From Thermoanaerobaculia bacterium (GTDB lineage: Bacteria > Acidobacteriota > Thermoanaerobaculia > Multivoradales > Multivoraceae), in the NCBI GenBank assembly GCA_963666565.1, contig OY762911.1, positions 1,696,001 to 1,760,000 of the forward strand: a stretch of 64,000 nucleotides of DNA, read 5' to 3'. Under the pieces are notes generated by a model. It ran no database searches and was not told where the DNA came from. It worked only from the letters and a program-made list of their open reading frames with translations. The translations under genes were made by a program, and so were the position numbers. Numbering within the stretch: the stretch's first letter is position 1; every line of letters starts with the position of its first letter. Shown one piece after another: positions 28,090-36,801 of the stretch.

Positions 28090-29513
28090 CTGGGGCCCTC
28101 CGCGACGCTTGCGGAGTCGCCGCTGCCGCCGCCGGCGCGTCCTGCCGGCGCCCTGTCGTCGTCGCCGCGGTTGCCGTTGCCGCTGCCGGGCTCGGCCGAC
28201 TCGCGGCGGCTCTCGACAAGTTCCGGCGCCGCGGCGGCCAGGAAGGCGTCCACGCCCTCCTGGCCGATCTCGACCGCCACCGCGCGCAGGCCGACGACCG
28301 GCAGGTGGCTCAGACGCTTCGCCATCACGGTCGTCCACTCCCTGAGCGCCGCCCGTTCCGCCTCGGAGAGGCCCTTCAGGTCGCCCCGCAGCAGGCGGTC
28401 CAGGTTGGCGCCGAGCGAGTCCTGGTACTTGGCGCCGATCGCCCGGATGGCGCCGGCGACCGACCGCGTGGCCGTCGCCTCGCGGTACACGTCGAGTTCC
28501 TCGTCGATCAGGACGCGGGCCTCGGCCGTGCGCTCGCGCCGGTCGCGGAGGGTCCGCTGGGCCAGTTCGTTGATCCGGTCCATGCCGATCCGTTCCAGGC
28601 GGGCCCCGTTGGCGTCGCCGGGGGCCACGTCGGCCGGGATCGCCATGTCGATCAGCAGCGGCGCCGCGTCGAACCGGGCCAGCCCCTTCGCCGCGAGGGC
28701 CCGAAGAGAGCGCTGGTTCACCACCGCTCCGGGGGCGCCGGTCGAGAACAACGCCGCGGTGACCGCCGGAGGATCGGCCCGGAACGAGTCGAGGCTCATC
28801 GTCTCGACAGCCGGCGCGGCGCCGTTCGCCGCCGTCGCGCCGCCGGTTCTTTCCGCCAGTCCCTCGGCCTTCGAGCGCGTCCGGTTGACGAGGATCAGGG
28901 GAACGCCGCGGGTCCGCAGCCGCTCCGTGCAGGTTTCGGTCATCGCCGCCACGCCGACCAGCGCGACCGGCCCCGGGTTCTTCGCGGCGCGTTCCGTCAA
29001 CAGGTCGGCGGCGATCTCGGCGAGCGAAGTGCGCCCGGTGCCGACGCCGGTTTCCCGGTGAACCCGCTTGCCGGCCCGGAGCGCCGATTCGACGACGCGC
29101 CGCAACTCCGTGTCGACCGTGCCGCACTCGGTCGCCTCATCCAGTGCGTCGCGCAGTTGCCCGCGGATCTCCCGCTCTCCCGGCTGGGCCGAGTCGAGGC
29201 CGGCCGCGACCAGGTACAGGTGCTCGACCGCGCCCTCGCCCTCCCAGCTCCGGAACACCCGCCGCGCCGCGCCCTCCCCGGCCAGCAGCCGCAACAGTTC
29301 CCGCCGGCACGAGGCGAGCGTCGCTCCCGGCTCCGCCGAGAAGATGAACGCCGCCCGATTGCAGGTGGCGAGGTAGATCAACCCCTGCGCGCCGATCCTC
29401 TGCTTGAGCCGCCGCATCTCGGCCGCCCGCCGCTCGTCCGGCAGCGTGTACCGCGCGATCTCCTCGGCGCTCGCATAGCGCCAGGTCGCGGCGACGACGC
29501 AACAGTTGTCCAT
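28086..29513 (-). CDS. hemA: Glutamyl-tRNA reductase
   Basis: LATCNRA, HLYLVAAGLDS, GEREIRGQ, VNRT, IDMAIP. Confidence 0.9.
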   Translation of the reverse strand: MDNCCVVAATWRYASAEEIARYTLPDERRAAEMRRLKQRIGAQGLIYLATCNRAAFIFSAEPGATLASCRRELLRLLAGEGAARRVFRSWEGEGAVEHLYLVAAGLDSAQPGEREIRGQLRDALDEATECGTVDTELRRVVESALRAGKRVHRETGVGTGRTSLAEIAADLLTERAAKNPGPVALVGVAAMTETCTERLRTRGVPLILVNRTRSKAEGLAERTGGATAANGAAPAVETMSLDSFRADPPAVTAALFSTGAPGAVVNQRSLRALAAKGLARFDAAPLLIDMAIPADVAPGDANGARLERIGMDRINELAQRTLRDRRERTAEARVLIDEELDVYREATATRSVAGAIRAIGAKYQDSLGANLDRLLRGDLKGLSEAERAALREWTTVMAKRLSHLPVVGLRAVAVEIGQEGVDAFLAAAAPELVESRRESAEPGSGNGNRGDDDRAPAGRAGGGSGDSASVAEGPR

Positions 29514-29623
29514 CCCGCGATTCTGCCTCAGGCGCAGTCGCGGAGTGTCATGGTCCTGTCACACCTTCGCTCCCGGGCGGGGTTGGCAGCCGCCGCGCGG
29601 GAGGAGTCGGGCTCGGACGACGG

Positions 29624-30274
29624 CTACAGGGTGATCGTGATGCCTCCCCGCTCTCCGGCCCGGCGCACGTCTTCCTGGAACGACTCGTCCCGTCCGTGGC
29701 GGACAGTGACGATCGTGAGAACTCCGGCCGCTACGCGATCGCCGAACAAGAGCATCGCCGCGGCTGGAACGCACTGTCTGGAGGTCCAGATCAGCCCATC
29801 CACTTCGTGCTGGTCGTGGATCGCCTTCGCCCACAGAACCGTGCGCGGGTACCGGTCGGGAAGGCTGGCGATCAGACTCTCGCGGCGGATCCGCCACCTT
29901 CTGAGATCCGGCGCGCGCAGGCTTGCCAGGAGCAGGGGACGGTCCGGGAGCAGGATGCTGTGTCTTCGGTCCTCGACGGCACCGCGAGGCACTGTCTTCG
30001 GGTCGTCGGACTCCACCGGAATGTCGTGAAACACCGTTTCGTAGATCGCTGCCTCCGGGGTTTCGCCTGCGTAGAGCGAAGGAACGCGGAGCCCCATGTC
30101 GTCTCGAAACGGCGCGAATCTCGTCGGCGCCCCCTTGCACGGGTTGAACTCGTTTCCGACCGACTGCCGACTGTGGACGCGATGGAGCGGCACGTCCGTC
30201 GGGTGTTCGACAACGTTGGGTTCGGCGAGGACTTCAGGTGGCGGAGGAAGATGGTATGCGAGAGCTTCATCCAT
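29624..30274 (-). CDS. RES-domain toxin (NAD+-targeting family)
   Basis: HRVH, FNP..G..TRF, LYAG, IYETVFHD, DGLIWTSR. Confidence 0.82.
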   Translation of the reverse strand: MDEALAYHLPPPPEVLAEPNVVEHPTDVPLHRVHSRQSVGNEFNPCKGAPTRFAPFRDDMGLRVPSLYAGETPEAAIYETVFHDIPVESDDPKTVPRGAVEDRRHSILLPDRPLLLASLRAPDLRRWRIRRESLIASLPDRYPRTVLWAKAIHDQHEVDGLIWTSRQCVPAAAMLLFGDRVAAGVLTIVTVRHGRDESFQEDVRRAGERGGITITL

Positions 30275-30923
30275 ACGCCGGCTCCGCGAGCCGGCGGGCG
30301 GCTTGTACGACCTCCGCGTCGTCGTTCAGCCGATCCTGAGGGCGGTCGCCGTCAAGCCACCCGTTCGCCGACGCGAACCACAACGCCGTCTGCCAGGGCG
30401 TCATCGCTGTCGGGAGTTCGGCGAGCACGGCCTCTACCGCCGGTCGCGGCGACCCGTCCATGAACTGGAAGGCGGGGTAGTAGTTGCGGCCCTCCATTCG
30501 GAGCGCGAACGTCTTTCCTTCCGCCTTCCACCGCGACGCCGGCTCGCTGGTGTTCCTGGATTTCAGGCCCGACGAGCGGTGAATCTCCGCCGCCGTCAGC
30601 ATCGGCGTCTCCTCTACGTACCTCCGGCGCATCTCCAGGTTGTCGAGCGCCAACTCCCTTTCGATGTCGGCAGTCTCGCTCCCGAGAAGCGGTAGCGTCC
30701 CTTCCAGCCACCGGTTCCAGTCTTCGTGCTTCGACGCGGGCGAGGCCCCTTCCAACACTCGGTTCAACCGCCTGAACATTCCGGCGGCGCCGCCAGACGT
30801 TCGGACCAGAACCAGATCGTCTCCGGCATTGACCTTCCCGATCCGGCTCGTCAACCGCTCGGGGAGGCTCTCAAGCTCTTCGGGCTGAAGCGGCGCCCAT
30901 CGGATCGGTTGCAGTTTGCGCAT
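30267..30923 (-). CDS. Antitoxin of the RES toxin (Xre/MbcA/ParS-like)
   Basis: Overlaps the RES gene; ASRWK, YYPAFQF, WQTALWF..NGWLDGDRP. Confidence 0.78.
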   Translation of the reverse strand: MRKLQPIRWAPLQPEELESLPERLTSRIGKVNAGDDLVLVRTSGGAAGMFRRLNRVLEGASPASKHEDWNRWLEGTLPLLGSETADIERELALDNLEMRRRYVEETPMLTAAEIHRSSGLKSRNTSEPASRWKAEGKTFALRMEGRNYYPAFQFMDGSPRPAVEAVLAELPTAMTPWQTALWFASANGWLDGDRPQDRLNDDAEVVQAARRLAEPAYG

Positions 30924-31009
30924 CGTTCCTCACTTCTCGCTGGCGGGAACATGAGATTCGTGATCGAGGTGGAACGCTAACGGTTCTCTTGCCGCTCTGC
31001 AAGTGCCGG

Positions 31010-32095
31010 TCAGCCTCGGCGCCACTCGCGGGTGTTGCGGAGGATCAGGTCCGTCAGTGCGTCCACGTGGTCCGGCCGGTCGTTCAGGCAAGGGATGTAG
31101 CGGAGCCGCTCGCCGCCGGATTCCTCGAAGTAGCCGCGGTTCTCGACCTCGATCTCTTCCAGGGTCTCGATGCAGTCGGCGGAGAAGCCGGGGCAGGCGA
31201 CGTCGACGCTCTTGAGGCCGTCTCCCGGCAGTTCCCGCATGGCGACGTCCGTCTTCGGGCCGATCCAGAGTTCGCGGCCGAACTGGGACTGGAAGGTGCT
31301 GAGCACCCGCTCCTCGTCGACGCCGAGTTCCTCCACCAGCAGGCGCGTCGTCTCCAGGCACTGGCACTGGTACGGGTCGCCGTTGTCGATGTAGCGCTGC
31401 GGCACGCCGTGGTACGAGAGGACGAGCCGGTCGGGTTCGCCGTCGGCCCAGGTCTCGCGGATGCTGGCCGCGAGCGCCCGGATGTAGCCGGGGTCGGCGT
31501 GGTAGCTGGCGATCGTGCGGATCTCGGGAACGCGCCGCCAGGACCGCGCTTCGCGGTGCAGGACGTCGAGCGCCGACGCGGTGGTCGCCGCCGCGTACTG
31601 CGGGAACAGCGGAAGGAAGAGGATGCGCTCGGCGCCCCGGCGCCGCAGGTCGTCGAGGGCGGCGGCGATGGACGGTTGGCCGTAGCGCATGCCGACGGCG
31701 ACGTGGAACCGGGGTTCGCCTTCGCCTCGCGCCCGCTCCAGCCGGGATGCGATGCCTGCCGTCTGGCGCCGGGAGATGGCGAGCAGGGGGGAACCCTCGT
31801 CGGTCCAGATCTTCGCGTAGAGCTTGGCCACCCGCCGCGGCCGCGTGGTCAGGACGAAGAGGTAGAGGATGGGGAGCCACTTCCAGCGCGGCTGCTCGGC
31901 GATCCGGGTGTCGCTCAGGAACTCGCGCAGGTAGCTGCGAAGCGCCGGCGCGGTGGGCGCGGCGGGCGTGCCCACGTTTGCGAGCAGAACGCCGATCGCC
32001 CGCCGGTCGGGCGAGCAGACCGCGCAGGAATCGCGGTTGCCGAAACGGCAGCAGGTCGGTTCGGCGCGGACGGTGGGTTCGATGGGGTAGAGCAC
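31010..32095 (-). CDS. hemH: Ferrochelatase
   Basis: GVLLANVGTP, FLSD, GSPL, GMRYGQP, PLFPQY, SYHGVP, GDPY, FQSQFG, PGFSADCIETLEEI. Confidence 0.92.
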   Translation of the reverse strand: MLYPIEPTVRAEPTCCRFGNRDSCAVCSPDRRAIGVLLANVGTPAAPTAPALRSYLREFLSDTRIAEQPRWKWLPILYLFVLTTRPRRVAKLYAKIWTDEGSPLLAISRRQTAGIASRLERARGEGEPRFHVAVGMRYGQPSIAAALDDLRRRGAERILFLPLFPQYAAATTASALDVLHREARSWRRVPEIRTIASYHADPGYIRALAASIRETWADGEPDRLVLSYHGVPQRYIDNGDPYQCQCLETTRLLVEELGVDEERVLSTFQSQFGRELWIGPKTDVAMRELPGDGLKSVDVACPGFSADCIETLEEIEVENRGYFEESGGERLRYIPCLNDRPDHVDALTDLILRNTREWRRG

Positions 32096-32201
32096 GGCGA
32101 GCGTCTTCCGTTGGCGAGTGGTTGGGGGGCTTTACTGTTCCGGTCGTCGTTGGCGGCGTTGTGTTTGCCGTTGGCGGTCTTGCGTTGGAGGGACTTGGCG
32201 G

Positions 32202-33254
32202 TCAGAGCCAGTCGCGGCGGACCAGGAAGTCCGACGTCAGCCGCGCCTCGGCGGAGCCGGATTCCGGTTCGTAGTCGTAGCGCCACGCCGCCAGCGGCGG
32301 CAACGAGGCCAGGATGGACTCGGTGCGCGCCCGCGCCTGCAGGCCGTAGCGCGTGCCTCGGTCGTACACCAGGTTGAACTCCACGTACCGCCCCCGCCGG
32401 TGGAGCTGGAAATCGCGCTCCCGCTCGCCGTGATGCATGTCCTTGCGACGCTCGAGGATGGGAAGGTACGCGGGCAGGAAGTGGTCGCCGACGCTTCGGG
32501 CGAAGGCGAAGCAGCGCTCGAAGCGGCCCCGTTCCGGCGGCCGGTCGAGGCGGTTGAGATCGTCGAAGAAGAGGCCGCCGACGCCGCGCATCTCCTGGCG
32601 GTGGGGGAGGAAGAAGTAGTCGTCGCAGGCGGCCTTGCAGCGGGCGTAGAGGTCGTCGCCGAACGGCGCGCAGGCCGCGGACGCGGTGCGGTGCCAGTGG
32701 ACGGCGTCTTCCTCGAAGCCGTAGTACGGGGTCAGGTCGAAGCCGCCGCCGAACCACCAGCCGTCCTCGGCTGCCGCCGGCCCGCCCTGGGCTTCGGGAT
32801 CCCGGGGAGGATGGGCGATGAAGAAGCGGATGTTGGCGTGGCTGGTCGGGGCGTACGGGTTGCGGGGATGGACGATCAGCGACACGGAGGTCGCCTCGAA
32901 ACTGCGACCGGCGAGCTCCGGCCGACGCTCGGTCGCCGCCAGCGGCAGCGAGTCGCCGCGCGAGTGACTGAAGTTGACGGCCGCCTTCTCGATGACGGCG
33001 CCGTCGGTGAGTACCCGCGGCCGGGCGACGCCTCCCCGCTCGTTGCGGAGTTCGCGGGCGTCGAACGCCCCGCCGTCGATGGCGACCAGGGCGTCGCAGA
33101 TGCGGTTCTGGAGATCGCGGAAGTAGGCGGCGACGATCTCCGCGGCACCGCCGCGTTCGGCCGCCGCGCCTGTGCGTCCGCCGGTCTCGCCAGCAGCGAG
33201 TTCGCGCCCGGCCGCGGCCAGCCCGGCGTCTTCCGTATCGCCTCGGTCGTTCAC
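32202..33254 (-). CDS. hemF: Oxygen-dependent coproporphyrinogen III oxidase
   Basis: [64 protein letters not shown]; GTG 33254. Confidence 0.93.
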   Translation of the reverse strand: MNDRGDTEDAGLAAAGRELAAGETGGRTGAAAERGGAAEIVAAYFRDLQNRICDALVAIDGGAFDARELRNERGGVARPRVLTDGAVIEKAAVNFSHSRGDSLPLAATERRPELAGRSFEATSVSLIVHPRNPYAPTSHANIRFFIAHPPRDPEAQGGPAAAEDGWWFGGGFDLTPYYGFEEDAVHWHRTASAACAPFGDDLYARCKAACDDYFFLPHRQEMRGVGGLFFDDLNRLDRPPERGRFERCFAFARSVGDHFLPAYLPILERRKDMHHGERERDFQLHRRGRYVEFNLVYDRGTRYGLQARARTESILASLPPLAAWRYDYEPESGSAEARLTSDFLVRRDWL

Positions 33255-34549
33255 GGCGCCGGGATCTCCGCCAGTGCCTCGCCGACCGCGCCGGCAAAGC
33301 CGGCGAGCGCTCCCTCGTCGTGCGCCAGCGACAGGAAGCCGACCTCGAAGGCGGACGGGGCGAGCATGTAGCCGCGGTCGAGCAGCCCGCGGTGGAGCAG
33401 CGCGAAGATCTCGGCGGTGTTCGGGTGGAAGCAGTCGGCCCGGCGCGGCGGTTCGCCGCCGCCGTAGGCGAGCCAGAAGATGGAGCCGCAACGGACGAGC
33501 CGGTAGGGATGATCGCTCGCCTCGAACACGGGGCCGAGCTTGCGTTCGAGCAGCGCGCCCAGGGCGTCCATCCGCGCCCAGCCGTCGTTGGCCGCGAGCT
33601 CGCGCAGGGTGGCGAGCCCGCCGGCGACGGCGAGCGGGTTTCCGGACAGCGTGCCGGCCTGGTAGACCGGACCGAGCGGCGAGAGCCGGTCCATCAGCCG
33701 CGCCGGCCCGCCGTAGGCGCCGACCGGCAGCCCGCCGCCGATCACCTTTCCAAGGGTGACGAGGTCGGGATCGATGCCGAGCTGGCCGCCGACGGTGACC
33801 CCGGGGACCCGGAACCCGCTCAGCACCTCGTCGAAGATCAAGAGCGTGCCGTGCTCGGTGCAGAGCCGGCGCAGGAGGCGGAGGTACTCGGGCCGCTGAA
33901 CCAGCAGGCCGTTGTTCGCCGGCAGCGGCTCGACGATCGCGGCCGCGAGATTCGCGCCGTGGCGCCGGAAGGCCTCTTCGAGCGCTTCGCCGTCGTCGAG
34001 CGGCAGCACGATCGTGTCGCGGGCGGTCGCCGCCGGGATGCCGGCGCTGGAGGCGATCCCGAAGGTGGCAAGACCGCTCCCCGCCTCGACCAGCAGCGCG
34101 TCGACGTGGCCGTGGTAGCAGCCCTCGAACTTGAGCACGAGGTCGCGGCCCGTGCAGCCGCGGGCGAGCCGGACCGCGGACTGCGTCGCCTCGGTGCCGG
34201 AGTTGACGAACCGGATCTTCTCGACGATCGGCACGAGTTCCTTGACGATGCGCGCGAGCTCGACCTCGCCTTCGTGCGGCGCGGCGAAGGACGTGCCGCG
34301 GGCGGCCGCCTGTTGGACGGCCTCGACGACCGCCGGGTGGCCGTGTCCCAGCACGAGGGGGCCGAACGAGCCGATGAAGTCGACGTAGCTCTTGCCGTCG
34401 ACGGAGCGCATCGCGGCGCCCTCGGCCTCCGCGATGAAGGGCGGCGTGCCGCCGACCGCGCGGTAGGCGCGCACCGGGCTGTTCACGCCCCCGACCAGGT
34501 GGCGCCGCGCCTCGGCCCAGAGTTCGCTGCTGGTGCGTCCGGCGGTCAT
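33251..34549 (-). CDS. hemL: Glutamate-1-semialdehyde 2,1-aminomutase
   Basis: [51 protein letters not shown]. Confidence 0.95.
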   Translation of the reverse strand: MTAGRTSSELWAEARRHLVGGVNSPVRAYRAVGGTPPFIAEAEGAAMRSVDGKSYVDFIGSFGPLVLGHGHPAVVEAVQQAAARGTSFAAPHEGEVELARIVKELVPIVEKIRFVNSGTEATQSAVRLARGCTGRDLVLKFEGCYHGHVDALLVEAGSGLATFGIASSAGIPAATARDTIVLPLDDGEALEEAFRRHGANLAAAIVEPLPANNGLLVQRPEYLRLLRRLCTEHGTLLIFDEVLSGFRVPGVTVGGQLGIDPDLVTLGKVIGGGLPVGAYGGPARLMDRLSPLGPVYQAGTLSGNPLAVAGGLATLRELAANDGWARMDALGALLERKLGPVFEASDHPYRLVRCGSIFWLAYGGGEPPRRADCFHPNTAEIFALLHRGLLDRGYMLAPSAFEVGFLSLAHDEGALAGFAGAVGEALAEIPAP

Positions 34550-34601
34550 TCGCGTCCTCCGGCGGTCGCTCCCGGCCGGCAGTCGCGGCGTTGGCCTGCA
34601 C

Positions 34602-36626
34602 TCATTCGGACGCCTCCGACGCCGTTGCGCCGTCCGTCCGTTCGCGCCAGAGGCGTTCGATGCCGGCGGCGGTCGGTTCGTGTGCGCATTTCACGTTGCC
34701 CGCTCCGGCGCTCCGGAGCGCCGCGGCCGTCGTGGCCCCGATCGCCCAGCAGCTTCCCGGCCAGTCGAGGCCGGACGCCGGGAAGGCCGCGACCGCCGAC
34801 GGAGCGGTGAAGAGTACGCGGGCGCGGGCCGCTTGCCAACCCTCGGGCCAGCCCAGGTCGTCCTTCGGATGCACCGTGTAGGCAGCCCAGGCGGTGACCT
34901 CCCGGCCGGCCGCCTCGAGCGCCTCGACGAGCGGGGCGCCGCCGCGGGCGGAATGCGGCACGAACAGCGGGCAGCGCGGGTCGAGGACGCGGGCCGCGTA
35001 GCCGGCGAAGTCCTCGCCCCCCGAGGCCCGCGCCGCGAGGTTCGGCGGCACGCCGGCCGCGAGCAACGCGCGCGCCGTGCCTTCGCCGAGCGCGCACCAC
35101 GGCAGGCGGCCCCAGACGGGATCCCGCTCCGCTCGCTCGACGACCACGCGCGCCGCCGTAGGTGACGAAACGAGCAGCCACGGCCACCGGCGGCGCGGCC
35201 TCTCAAGTTCGATGCGGCCGGCCGGCCAGGGCGTGTCGAAGACCTCGACTTCCGTCGCCGGCAGGGCTGCGACCCGGATGCGGGGATCGAGCCGGCCGGT
35301 CAGCCGGCGCACGGCAATCGGCGACGAAGTGACGACGAGATCCGGCACGCCGATGCCCGTCTCGTCAGGAGCCTTCCGCTCCCTGGGTGCGCGGGTCTTC
35401 CGACCCGCACTGGGTGCGCGGGTCTTCTGACCCGCCGCCGCCGAAGGCGGCCTAAAGACCCCGCCGGCCGCAAGGCCGGCATCCACTCCGCCAAGATCCC
35501 GCTCCAACCGCTCCGCCAGCGCGTCAAGTTCGCCACCGCCGTCGCCGTCCGCCGCCGCAGCCGCAGCGTGAACCACGCCTGGCGCCTCCCCGGCCGCGGC
35601 GGACTCGCGCCAGTCGTCCGGCGCAATCAGCGCATGGACCTCGCGCGGCGCCGGCCTCTCCGACTCTCCATCGCCGACCTCCGCCCACGCGCCGAACGGC
35701 CGCAGGCAGCCGCCCCCGAGCCGGCCGAGCAGGCCCCGCTCCGCGAGAACCGCGACCCGGCTCGGGGCGTGGTCGAGCGCCGCCATCGCCAGATGCCCGT
35801 CGAGCCGGCCTCCGCGCAGGATCTGCACCGCCAGAGCCCCCTGACCGGGAGCGCACGGCCAACTCCTCAGGTCGAGCCGGAAGCCACGCACCGCGGCCGC
35901 CGACCCGTCGAGCGCTCCACTGCGAGCCAGCCGCAGAACGCCGGCCTCCGCCGCCAGCAGAGCGTCGATCGCCCCGCTCCGGAGCCACTCCAGCCGGCGA
36001 CCCACCGACCCGCGCACCGCGCAGCAGACGAGATCCCGCCGGATCGCGAGCGCCCCGGCCTGCCGCCGTGGCGACGACGTACCCAGGCGTGCCCCGGCCG
36101 GCAGGAGAGCGAACGCCTCGGTGGCCGGAGTCGCGCTCTCGCCGACGGCCGTCTCGTCGCCCTCGAGCAGTTCCTCAAGTTGCGACGTCGACCCCGCCGC
36201 TCCGGCTGCACCCATCGCGCCGGTCGCCTCGGCTGGCCCCGTCGGCCCCGCTGTCCCGGCCGCCTCGGCTGCCTCCGCCGCCCCGACTGCCCCGGCGGCC
36301 TCCAACTTCGGCGCGAACAGCAGAAGATCGAACGGCCGCTCCCGTTCCGGCACGGCGGCGATGACCAGCCCCGGTTCGTTCTCGACAGGCAGGTCCTTCA
36401 GCGAGTGAACGACGAGGTCGACCGAGCCATCGCGCAGAGCAGCGCTCAGTTCGCCGGTGAAGACCCCCTTGGCCTGGGCGAAACTGCCGCCGAGGCTGCG
36501 GTCGCCCTGAGAGGACATGGCGCGGACTACGGTCGCCAAGCCCACTTCGCGGAGCCGGCGGGCGACGAGATCGGCCTGAATCCGCGCCAGCGGCGTCGCC
36601 CGAGTGCCGATGACGATGGGGTCCAC
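34602..36626 (-). CDS. hemC: Fused hydroxymethylbilane synthase - uroporphyrinogen III synthase (HemC-HemD)
   Basis: IGTR, VHSLKDLP, LGTSSPRR, APGQGAL, LGGGC; C-terminal LVSSP, ALGEGTA, FTAPSAV, AIGATTA; GTG 36626. Confidence 0.85.
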   Translation of the reverse strand: MDPIVIGTRATPLARIQADLVARRLREVGLATVVRAMSSQGDRSLGGSFAQAKGVFTGELSAALRDGSVDLVVHSLKDLPVENEPGLVIAAVPERERPFDLLLFAPKLEAAGAVGAAEAAEAAGTAGPTGPAEATGAMGAAGAAGSTSQLEELLEGDETAVGESATPATEAFALLPAGARLGTSSPRRQAGALAIRRDLVCCAVRGSVGRRLEWLRSGAIDALLAAEAGVLRLARSGALDGSAAAVRGFRLDLRSWPCAPGQGALAVQILRGGRLDGHLAMAALDHAPSRVAVLAERGLLGRLGGGCLRPFGAWAEVGDGESERPAPREVHALIAPDDWRESAAAGEAPGVVHAAAAAADGDGGGELDALAERLERDLGGVDAGLAAGGVFRPPSAAAGQKTRAPSAGRKTRAPRERKAPDETGIGVPDLVVTSSPIAVRRLTGRLDPRIRVAALPATEVEVFDTPWPAGRIELERPRRRWPWLLVSSPTAARVVVERAERDPVWGRLPWCALGEGTARALLAAGVPPNLAARASGGEDFAGYAARVLDPRCPLFVPHSARGGAPLVEALEAAGREVTAWAAYTVHPKDDLGWPEGWQAARARVLFTAPSAVAAFPASGLDWPGSCWAIGATTAAALRSAGAGNVKCAHEPTAAGIERLWRERTDGATASEASE
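35383..35435 (+). repeat. Two REP-like copies (27-bp period) in-frame in the HemC-HemD linker
   Basis: CTGGGTGCGCGGGTCTTCCGACCCGCA followed by a near-identical copy. Confidence 0.85.
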
Positions 36627-36801
36627 CGCGTGAGAATACGCCCTGTTGCGCGAAGGATCTCGGCGCGTGGCCGCGGCAGGTCCCCGGCTCGATGCCAGGC
36701 GGTAGGCTTCCACGCGCGAAGAGCGCTCGAACGCGAACGTCCGTTTCGCCCGGGGCGCTCGGCTGCGAGCCGACTCTCCGATTCAACCCCGAGGACTCGC
36801 C

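Noticed and set aside
32100-32200. GTTGGCG-rich hemF-hemH intergenic stretch as an ncRNA
   Set aside because: Only loose low-complexity repeats; no convincing structure or known motif.
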